Source: a bacterium
GTDB taxonomy: Bacteria > Patescibacteriota > Microgenomatia > UBA8517
NCBI GenBank assembly: GCA_030583725.1
Contig: CP129472.1
Coordinates: forward strand, 755,096 to 819,095
Direction of reading: 5' to 3'
DNA length: 64,000 nt
The notes beneath the pieces are model-generated. The model ran no database searches. It worked only from the letters and a program-made list of their open reading frames with translations, and was not told where the DNA came from. Made by a program: the position numbers and the translations under genes. Below, in pieces: positions 28,062-35,637 of the stretch; the first letter of the stretch is position 1; each line of letters opens with the position of its first letter.

Positions 28062-28183
28062 ATAACATAACAATGTTGAAGTTCATAACATAACAATGTT
28101 GAAGTTCATAACATAACAATGTTGAGGTTCATAACATAACAATGTTGAAGTTCATAACATAACAATGTTGAAGTTCATAACAT
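28062..28183. repeat. Tandem direct repeat, 23-bp unit ATAACATAACAATGTTGAAGTTC x5 plus partial sixth copy
   Basis: Copies start at 28062, 28085, 28108, 28131, 28154 (one G variant), partial at 28177; lies immediately upstream of rpsU. Confidence 0.9.
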
Positions 28184-28189
28184 TTAATT

Positions 28190-28762
28190 TTAGATATTCG
28201 TAGGTGGTACTATATTGGAGTGGTTGTTTTTGTGGTTACTCCCGACTGTTAGATATATAGACAAAATAACTATTAAAACAAAAAGTCCAAACAAATAAAG
28301 AGCATATTCTGCAAAAAACCGATTTTGGTATTCATCTTCTTGCTTCTCAGTTTGTGTTTCAGCAATTGGTTCGATGCTAGGTGTTGGATTTTTTGTTACT
28401 TGAGGAGTTGCACTTACAGTTGCAATGGGTGTTTGGCTGGGTTTTGTTGTTGATGATGGTGATATTGTTGCCTTTGCTGTAGTTGTTGGTGAGCTACAAA
28501 CACAATCTGTTTTTTCTGCACAAATTGGATTTCTACAAAAACCTTCATGACAAAAGAGGTTGGCCTGACAGTTATAGTTACTACCACAAGTACCACCACA
28601 AAAATTTGGTTCACCTTGGGCCCTTTTGTTTAGATTGAAGTTTACATTTAAGGCTGTCCAAACAAAAAGTGGGAGTGCAATTACTGTTGCAAAAAACAGC
28701 CCAGTCAAAAGAGAATTTTTTGCAGTAGGTGGGAGGTTTTTATAGTTAAATGAAGTGGACAT
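28190..28762 (-). CDS. Membrane-anchored protein with a compact Cys-rich module (10 Cys in ~45 aa), Thr/Pro-rich linker and a C-terminal TM helix
   Basis: NFCGGTCGSNYNCQANLFCHEGFCRNPICAEKTDCVC; N-terminal signal-anchor and C-terminal hydrophobic helix. Confidence 0.4.
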   Translation of the reverse strand: MSTSFNYKNLPPTAKNSLLTGLFFATVIALPLFVWTALNVNFNLNKRAQGEPNFCGGTCGSNYNCQANLFCHEGFCRNPICAEKTDCVCSSPTTTAKATISPSSTTKPSQTPIATVSATPQVTKNPTPSIEPIAETQTEKQEDEYQNRFFAEYALYLFGLFVLIVILSIYLTVGSNHKNNHSNIVPPTNI

Positions 28763-28834
28763 ATATACATATTAGAAATATGCCACCAGAATGTCAATTG
28801 TGAAACACAATTGTATTGTGATATTATATTGTCA

Positions 28835-29842
28835 ATGGCAAATCAAAAGGTGTTAATTACTGGAATTACAGGACAAGATGGCTCGTACTTAGCAGAATTT
28901 TTATTAAAAAAAGGATATGAAGTGTCAGGAATAGTTAGAAAAACTTCTCATGAAGACTATGCCAATATTGGTCATCTCCAAGACGACCTAAAGTTATACC
29001 AGGGAGACCTACTTGATCCAGTTTCTTTAAGAGAAATAATACAGAAAGTAGAGCCAGATGAAGTGTACAATTTAGCATCTCAAAGCCATCCATCAGAAAG
29101 CTTTAAACAGCCAATTCACACTGCAGAGATTACAGGAATTGGAGCACATAGGGTTTTGGATGCAACTTTGGATGTTAACCCAAAGACGAAGTTCTATCAG
29201 GCTTCAAGTTCTGAAATGTTTGGATGGGTAAGAGAGATTCCACAGACAGAGGAAACTCCATTTAATCCCGCTAATCCATATGCTGCGGCTAAGTTATATG
29301 CATTTGCAATGACAAAAATTTATAGGGAAAGTTATAAAATGTTTGCAACAAATGGAATTTTGTTTAATCACGAATCCCCTAGGCGTCATTTAGGCTTTGT
29401 AACCCAAAAAGTAACATATGCAGCAGCTTGTGCCAAGTTAGATATTAAAAATTCAATTCATTTAAATGAAGAAGGGGAACCAATTGTTAGAAATAGAAAA
29501 GTATTTTTGGGAAATTTAGAGGCTAAGAGAGATTGGGGATTTGCAGGTGACTATGTAGAAGGTATGTGGATGATTATGCAGGCTACTAAACCTGATGACT
29601 TTGTACTAGCAACAGGGGAAACTCATTCAATACAAGAGTTGTGTGAAGAAGCATATCAGTATGTAGGTTTAAACTGGAAAGATTTTGTAGAAGTTGATAA
29701 AAGATTTATAAGACCAACAGAAACAGGTCCATTAATAGGGAATCCAAGTAAAGCAAAAAAAATTTTAGGTTGGGAGCCAAAAACAAAATTTAAGGAGTTG
29801 GTCAAAATAATGGTAGATGCCCACCTTGCAAGGTTGAAATAA
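28835..29842 (+). CDS. gmd: GDP-mannose 4,6-dehydratase
   Basis: KVLITGITGQDGSYLAEFLL Rossmann start, YAAAKLYA catalytic YxxxK, strong overall GMD similarity. Confidence 0.9.
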   Translation: MANQKVLITGITGQDGSYLAEFLLKKGYEVSGIVRKTSHEDYANIGHLQDDLKLYQGDLLDPVSLREIIQKVEPDEVYNLASQSHPSESFKQPIHTAEITGIGAHRVLDATLDVNPKTKFYQASSSEMFGWVREIPQTEETPFNPANPYAAAKLYAFAMTKIYRESYKMFATNGILFNHESPRRHLGFVTQKVTYAAACAKLDIKNSIHLNEEGEPIVRNRKVFLGNLEAKRDWGFAGDYVEGMWMIMQATKPDDFVLATGETHSIQELCEEAYQYVGLNWKDFVEVDKRFIRPTETGPLIGNPSKAKKILGWEPKTKFKELVKIMVDAHLARLK

Positions 29843-30073
29843 TTTGAAGCTTCAAAAAAAGCGTAGTTCTGGATCAGGAATGTCTTTTAAAAAATTAAGT
29901 TATGCTTTTGCAATTACTGCATATTTAATTTTTTAAATCTAACTACATTCCTGACCCGTAGATCAATTACCGGATTTTCCTCTTTTTTTTCTTGTTTTTA
30001 TCTTTCCCCTTGTCTTTCTTGTTTTCAAAAGTGTTCATGGAATAAGTCTCCTTTCTATTTAGTTTTGGAGAAA

Positions 30074-30340
30074 TTAGTTCATGTCAGCCACAAGTTCTTG
30101 GATGACTTTGTGGTCGATGCCCATCCGGGTGAGCGCGTCTTTGAGATGACGCTGGAGTCTGGTTACATAATAACCTGCTACACCTTGTGGCGTGCATTTT
30201 GTAGCGGGTTCATTGTACAGATTCCATTGGCTCTGCAGGTCATTCCGAATGTAGGTACGGAATGTTGTGGTAGCACCATCTGTTGTTGCCTCGATCCTGA
30301 CTTCACCTGCACCAGACTGAACTATCACTTTGTCACTCAT
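30074..30340 (-). CDS. Hypothetical protein (88 aa) in a locally GC-enriched segment, good SD (aaggagacaac) upstream
   Basis: ORF with ~48% GC versus ~33% window background; no recognisable domain. Confidence 0.35.
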   Translation of the reverse strand: MSDKVIVQSGAGEVRIEATTDGATTTFRTYIRNDLQSQWNLYNEPATKCTPQGVAGYYVTRLQRHLKDALTRMGIDHKVIQELVADMN

Positions 30341-30408
30341 TTTGTTGTCTCCTTGTCAAAGAATTTTCTCATAGCTGAATGCTATGGGATGGTTGAGTAT
30401 AACAATTT

Positions 30409-30780
30409 TTAAGTAAATGTCAAAAGTTTTCCAGTTAGTTCCTCACCGTTTAATTCTTTCCATTTTTCAAGGAGTTTATCTTTTACAAATTTTTTATATT
30501 TTTCATCAGTCTTGCTATATTTTCTTTCCCAAGCTTTTTCTGATGCGTATAGAAAAGATTCAGACTCAGCTGTTTGAGGATTGTCTAAAATACTTTCAGT
30601 ACTTCCAAGGTATTTATCTGGGTCTTTTCCATCAAAAGTAAAAGAAATTACTACAGTTAGTTCCTCAAATATTTGATTACTCGAAGGGACAACGATATAT
30701 TGGAATGAAGCACTATCCAATATTTCAGAACGGGCAGTTGTAGCTCTCTCACCAATTGCCACAATTATATTGTAACACAT
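30409..30780 (-). CDS. Hypothetical protein (123 aa)
   Basis: ORF only; strong hairpin immediately 5' of its start. Confidence 0.3.
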   Translation of the reverse strand: MCYNIIVAIGERATTARSEILDSASFQYIVVPSSNQIFEELTVVISFTFDGKDPDKYLGSTESILDNPQTAESESFLYASEKAWERKYSKTDEKYKKFVKDKLLEKWKELNGEELTGKLLTFT

Positions 30781-30846
30781 GACAGAAGTCGGAGAAGGGG
30801 GATTTTTTGGAATCCTTTTTATTCTCTGACTTCTGTCAAGTTGCGG

Positions 30847-31029
30847 TTAGCAGCCGCGTTCTTGTGAACGGGCAATGTCGATTGCAACGAGGTATTCATC
30901 GTTGCTACCGTGCTCATTGCGCACTTTTGTTTCCAGTTCATCAAGGCTGATCGCTTCTGCAACTAATTTTTTCCCAACCTTAAGCCTGTAACAAGACTGG
31001 AACTTGTGAACTCTTATATCAGCGGACAT
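30847..31029 (-). CDS. Hypothetical small protein (60 aa), GC-enriched
   Basis: ORF only. Confidence 0.25.
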   Translation of the reverse strand: MSADIRVHKFQSCYRLKVGKKLVAEAISLDELETKVRNEHGSNDEYLVAIDIARSQERGC

Positions 31030-31146
31030 TTTAAACTCCTTTTGTTGGAATACTCAAAGCAATTTTGAGTTAGGGATATTATACTATAGGTAAATGACCA
31101 TTTGCAAGTTTAACTGGGATTTAGTAGTTGGGTGTTTTTCCTTCTT

Positions 31147-31342
31147 TGCACCAATCTATGATTTAGCTCGAAAATATTTTATATCAAATTTTTAAGCGAG
31201 CAACAAGGGAGGGGTTAAAGGGGAAGGAATTGTTGCGAAGCTTCGTGTTTCCTCGCTCAGCCACTTCGTGGCTTCGCTAACACACCTGCAAAGCTCGAAG
31301 CTTTGCGCTCACCCCACTTCGTGGGGTTCGCTAACCCAATTG
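31147..31342. repeat. IR-A left copy: 196-bp GC-rich sequence that recurs as a perfect inverted copy at 38571-38766; outer terminus TGCA
   Basis: Base-by-base reverse-complement match over all 196 bp; contains internal direct repeats (ccacttcgtgg..ttcgctaac x2) and palindromes (cgaagcttcg). Confidence 0.95.
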
Positions 31343-31800
31343 AAAGGAAAAGGGGTTTTGTAGTCAGTCGCTTGCGAGCGCCTGACGAAAGTGCCCTTGC
31401 GGTATACCGTAAGCACCTTTACAAAATCCGCAATCGTGTCGTATTATAGGGCATATTGCGGAGTTGCGGTACTGCGGTTGCCGTTGCGGTCACCGCAAGT
31501 CCACATATGAACACAAAAACTAATCCAAACCTATTTTTAAAAGATTTCTAATGTATCATTTCAGTCACAATCTGTCCAACAGGGACAGCTAAACCAAGTG
31601 CTGAAAACAGAACAAGGTGCTTGCGCACAGCACTTGGTTAGAAGACAGGACAACAGAACCATTGCTCCTGAAATATTCCCTTAACAGGGAATCCTGCCCA
31701 GCACAAAGCACCCCAAAGCTACAGGGGTGATGGCTTACGCCATGTGCTAGGCAGGAGAACAAAAACACACCAGCACATACTATTTTTGGTGTTATAATCT
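31343..31800. other. ORF-free, GC-enriched, hairpin-dense stretch with clustered TTGCGG/CCGCAA repeats; candidate structured ncRNA, iteron/centromere-like array or recombinase-binding region
   Basis: No ORF >=60 aa on either strand; TTGCGG repeats at ~31397-31490; perfect 10-bp stem ccaagtgctg...cagcacttgg at 31607-31650; several further 5-7 bp stems. Confidence 0.5.
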
Positions 31801-31807
31801 TAATGTT

Positions 31808-32689
31808 ATGTTTTTACAGAAATCAAAGGAGAATGCATTTATACTAGCAGTTATTGCTGCTTTTTGTGGTGGTTCAATAGTTGTTGCGGCTAAAATTGCA
31901 CTAGAAGTTTTTCAACCATTTACAATAGTTTTTATTAGATTTCTATCTGCTACATTATTTTTAATTCCATTAATTGTTAGGGCAAAAGAATTCAAAGTTT
32001 CTACAATCAAAAAGTTTATACCAATTGGAATAGTTGGAGCATTAAATCCAATACTTTTATTTATAGCTTTACAATACACCAAGGCTTCAGTTTCACCATT
32101 AATATATGCAAGTGTTCCTGCAATGACCGCTGTTTATGTTTATTTGGTTAGAAAAGAAAAAATAAGTAAACAAAGTATATTTGGAATAATTATTGGTTTC
32201 ATAGGAGTTGCACTTATTATTCTTCTCCCACTTATTGAAAAGGGTGTTCCACTAGTTGCATTGAAAGGAAATATCTTAATTTTTGGGGCAGCCATAGCCT
32301 TTATGTATTACGGAATAATGAGCAAGAAACATCAGAATGAGATGAACGCATCTCCAATTGTATTAACCTTTTATTTTGCTTTGGTAACTTTATTTTTGAG
32401 TATACCGTTTGCAATTAATGAAGTTAGAAACGGATTTCTTGGAACGGTTGAGTTAAAACATATATTGGCTGGGATTTATACAGGAGTTGTAGGAACAGGA
32501 ATATTTTATCTTGCTTACCAATATGCTTTAAAGCTTGGATCAGAAATTGCAGCAAATTTATTTACATATTTACAACCAATAGCAACAATTTTACTTGCCT
32601 CACTCTTTTTAGGAGAGAGAATAACGATACCTTTTGTTATCGGTGGTTTGTTGGCAGTAATTGGAGCCAAGATTGCTTCGAAAAAATAA
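31808..32689 (+). CDS. EamA/DMT-superfamily transporter (10 TM)
   Basis: Two ~140-aa repeated 5-TM halves, typical EamA organisation. Confidence 0.75.
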   Translation: MFLQKSKENAFILAVIAAFCGGSIVVAAKIALEVFQPFTIVFIRFLSATLFLIPLIVRAKEFKVSTIKKFIPIGIVGALNPILLFIALQYTKASVSPLIYASVPAMTAVYVYLVRKEKISKQSIFGIIIGFIGVALIILLPLIEKGVPLVALKGNILIFGAAIAFMYYGIMSKKHQNEMNASPIVLTFYFALVTLFLSIPFAINEVRNGFLGTVELKHILAGIYTGVVGTGIFYLAYQYALKLGSEIAANLFTYLQPIATILLASLFLGERITIPFVIGGLLAVIGAKIASKK

Positions 32690-33497
32690 TATATATTGCT
32701 TCTTAATTTCCACAGGTCTAATATTTAAATATACCCTCATGGAAGAAGATGTTTTAAGTCAGATTAAAAGTGAGAATGCAAAGAAACAAACAAGAAGTAG
32801 CAGTGGTAAGTTTGTTGCAAAAGATGATCCAACAAAACTTCCTCCAATCTCAGTATCAGTTAATAATCCAACTTCAGTAAATACAACAACTCCACCTGAT
32901 CTAGTTAATCTAAAAGTAACTAATCCACTTGTATATATTAAATACTGGTGGAAAAGAATAATGGCAAATGAAGGTATTGAAGTTAAGTTTAAAGCAAAAC
33001 CACTAACTGTGTTTGGTGTTGCCTTAATTGGATTTACACTTCTCTTTGGTATTGGTGGAGTTGTTCTACCTATTTTCTTTCCTTGGATGAAGTTTAATAA
33101 TTCTATAATCTCAACTCCAACAAATACCCCAACTCCAGAAATTTTAAAAGATACTGCACTTAAAGGAATACTAACAAAAACAAATACTAATCCTGTTAAA
33201 TTCTATTTAATCACTACCTCAACAGAAGCAGTAACTTTAGAAATACCAGTTGGTTTTAATTTAAATACTCTAGTTGGAAAAAGGATCTTAGCTGTAGGTA
33301 CATATGATTCAAAAAACAAAATACTTGAAGTTGAAGATATACAAGATTTAGAAGTACTTTCAACAACACCAGTACCAATACCAACAACAACTCCAACACC
33401 AAAACCAACTGAAACTCCTATTCCTACAATTGCTCCAACCATGGTTCCAACTGTAGAACCAACGATTGCACCAAGTGAAGATCCAATAAGTTTATAA
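32661..33497 (+). CDS. Membrane protein with a C-terminal Pro/Thr-rich repeat tail
   Basis: Central TM helix (PLTVFGVALIGFTLLFGIGGVVLPIFF), C-terminal TTPVPIPTTTPTPKPTETPIPTIAPT...; start uncertain (overlaps EamA end). Confidence 0.4.
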   Translation: MEPRLLRKNNIYCFLISTGLIFKYTLMEEDVLSQIKSENAKKQTRSSSGKFVAKDDPTKLPPISVSVNNPTSVNTTTPPDLVNLKVTNPLVYIKYWWKRIMANEGIEVKFKAKPLTVFGVALIGFTLLFGIGGVVLPIFFPWMKFNNSIISTPTNTPTPEILKDTALKGILTKTNTNPVKFYLITTSTEAVTLEIPVGFNLNTLVGKRILAVGTYDSKNKILEVEDIQDLEVLSTTPVPIPTTTPTPKPTETPIPTIAPTMVPTVEPTIAPSEDPISL

Positions 33498-33534
33498 ACT
33501 TGCGTTTTTAAAGTCTCTATCCTATAATATACGT

Positions 33535-34095
33535 ATGACAGATATTTTAACTTTCTCGCCTGGTCCAAAGGAGCTAATTGAAAAAGCTTCAAATAGACTG
33601 ACACAAGAAAATGCTGATAAATTTGCCGTAGACAAACCGTTAAATGATGATTTTTTGATATCTTTTACGGCAAGGACACTTCTTGAATTTGACGATGGTG
33701 ATCTTGAACTGAGGATATCCCTTACACAATACAAAAAAACTGGTGAATTAACACAAGAAATATTACTTCAGGAGCCACATGGTAAAAAGTTATATAGATT
33801 AGACATTAGCTCAAGTCCAAAAAAAGACGAAGAAAAATCAAGAATGACATCGTTAGCTAATGAAATGAGCGATAAAAAAGGGACTTCTGCTCTTTCAAAA
33901 ATGCTTTCAGATACTTTTGGCACATCTGGTAATACAACTGTTTCGAGGATGGACAATTGGGCAGAAACTAACATTACTACAGATAGTGCAAGACAATTAA
34001 TAGAAATTGGTACACCTAAGCTACCTGAAGATGCTCGAATAACATTGTTGGAATTTAGACAAAAAGTAGGCCAAAGTTTTCCACTTCTAAAGTGA
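33535..34095 (+). CDS. Hypothetical protein (186 aa)
   Basis: ORF only. Confidence 0.35.
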   Translation: MTDILTFSPGPKELIEKASNRLTQENADKFAVDKPLNDDFLISFTARTLLEFDDGDLELRISLTQYKKTGELTQEILLQEPHGKKLYRLDISSSPKKDEEKSRMTSLANEMSDKKGTSALSKMLSDTFGTSGNTTVSRMDNWAETNITTDSARQLIEIGTPKLPEDARITLLEFRQKVGQSFPLLK

Positions 34096-34098
34096 CAT

Positions 34099-34674
34099 TT
34101 ACACTGCAGAATTTAGAAGTTGATATACAGCCTGTCTTAATTCTTTATTTCCATACCCACTAACTGAATTTTCAGGTTTAGATTCTATTGCATCTGCAAA
34201 CTTCATCATCTCATCAAGCTTGTTGTGTTTTTGTGCAAGTCTTAATTGTCTAACCGTTGCAAATACATGATTCCACTTAACATTTGATGTATTGATTGAC
34301 TTTGTAATTCCAAGTTCTTTTGATTTTCCAAAAGCTATTGGATGATCTTTATCTGACGCTGTTAAATCAAGTGCTGATTCAACTGATTCATGTTCTAAAG
34401 CAAAATCAACTAAATCATCCGGGACTACATCAGTGCTTATCATTGGTAGCTTGTATTTGACAGCAATAATTGCTCCACAACCTTTAAGACCTTTACTGTA
34501 TGTTGTCCAACCTGAAACTATTGGAAGTCTATGGAATCTACCTTTTATGTGTTCGTATGAACCAACAAATGCATCTTTTCTTCTTTGTTCCACTCTTTGT
34601 TCTAAATCATCAGGAAGTCTTAAGATTTCATCTATTTTTTGAATATTCATTATTTCACGAGTAGTACTTTCCAT
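34099..34674 (-). CDS. Hypothetical protein (191 aa), translationally coupled downstream of the PfkB kinase
   Basis: ORF; 1-nt spacing to the upstream kinase gene. Confidence 0.35.
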   Translation of the reverse strand: MESTTREIMNIQKIDEILRLPDDLEQRVEQRRKDAFVGSYEHIKGRFHRLPIVSGWTTYSKGLKGCGAIIAVKYKLPMISTDVVPDDLVDFALEHESVESALDLTASDKDHPIAFGKSKELGITKSINTSNVKWNHVFATVRQLRLAQKHNKLDEMMKFADAIESKPENSVSGYGNKELRQAVYQLLNSAV

Positions 34675-34675
34675 G

Positions 34676-35560
34676 TTAAATTAGTTTTTTAATTTCTTCT
34701 ATCGAATTATCAACCCCTTGATATTTAACTGATTCAGTTGCAATTTGAAGTGCTTTTTTAATGCTTTGGTCAAGATCATTTGTTTTTATATATTCAGAAA
34801 GGAATACTCCTCTGAATATATCTCCTGATCCTGTAGCATCAACTGCGGTTATAGTTTCTGTTGGATAGTGCTTTGGTTCTTTATCAAAAACAACACAGCC
34901 ATCAGTATCAAGAGTAATTATTGCAATACCATCTGTGAAGCTTTTTAATTTAGTAACAGCTTCTAATGCTTCATAAATAGTTGTTATTTTTATATCTAAA
35001 AGTAATTCTGCTTCTTGTCTATTAGGAACTACAAAATCTACAGTTTTAAGTTTTTCTTTATCAAACTCTTTTTGTTGATTTGGAAAATCTAAAAATACTT
35101 TTACATTATCTTTGTTTGCTCTTTCTATCATTTTATATATTTGATCTAACTTCATACTTGTTGCCATATATAAATATTCATAGCCTGAAAGGTTTTGAAG
35201 TTTTGATTCATCAAAAAAGTTAATTGCGTTAAGATTAAGAACAATTGCAGACTGACCATCTTTATCAGTTAATACTAAAACTTCTGCAGTTGGAGATTCA
35301 GAAGTAGTGTATACAAGTTTGGTATCAATACCATATTTTTCTAAATCTGAAATTGCTTGTTTTCCATTGTTATCATTTCCAACAACACCAAACATTGAAA
35401 CAGAATTGCTAGAAGCCAAAACTCTACCTGCATTTATTATCTTGCTACTAGTTAATGTGTTTACAGAGTTAACAAAGCCAACCTCATTTGCGTGAGGTAC
35501 ACTATCCATTAAATATTGTTTCTCTGCACAAATTTCTCCTGCTAGTAATATCTTTGGCAT
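34676..35560 (-). CDS. PfkB-family carbohydrate/nucleoside kinase (ribokinase-like)
   Basis: C-terminal VDATGSGDIFRGVFL matches the PfkB DTxGAGD signature; N-terminal GG-containing substrate motif. Confidence 0.7.
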   Translation of the reverse strand: MPKILLAGEICAEKQYLMDSVPHANEVGFVNSVNTLTSSKIINAGRVLASSNSVSMFGVVGNDNNGKQAISDLEKYGIDTKLVYTTSESPTAEVLVLTDKDGQSAIVLNLNAINFFDESKLQNLSGYEYLYMATSMKLDQIYKMIERANKDNVKVFLDFPNQQKEFDKEKLKTVDFVVPNRQEAELLLDIKITTIYEALEAVTKLKSFTDGIAIITLDTDGCVVFDKEPKHYPTETITAVDATGSGDIFRGVFLSEYIKTNDLDQSIKKALQIATESVKYQGVDNSIEEIKKLI

Positions 35561-35637
35561 ATGATGTCTGAATTATAGCAAAACAAACCTTTATGAACTA
35601 TAATGGGTTCACTGCCCTTAACTAAGGCGGTTTTTTT

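Noticed and set aside
28062-28183. Possible CRISPR array (regular short direct repeats)
   Set aside because: The 23-bp units are contiguous with no intervening spacers, and no cas genes are nearby, so this is a tandem minisatellite or iteron array.
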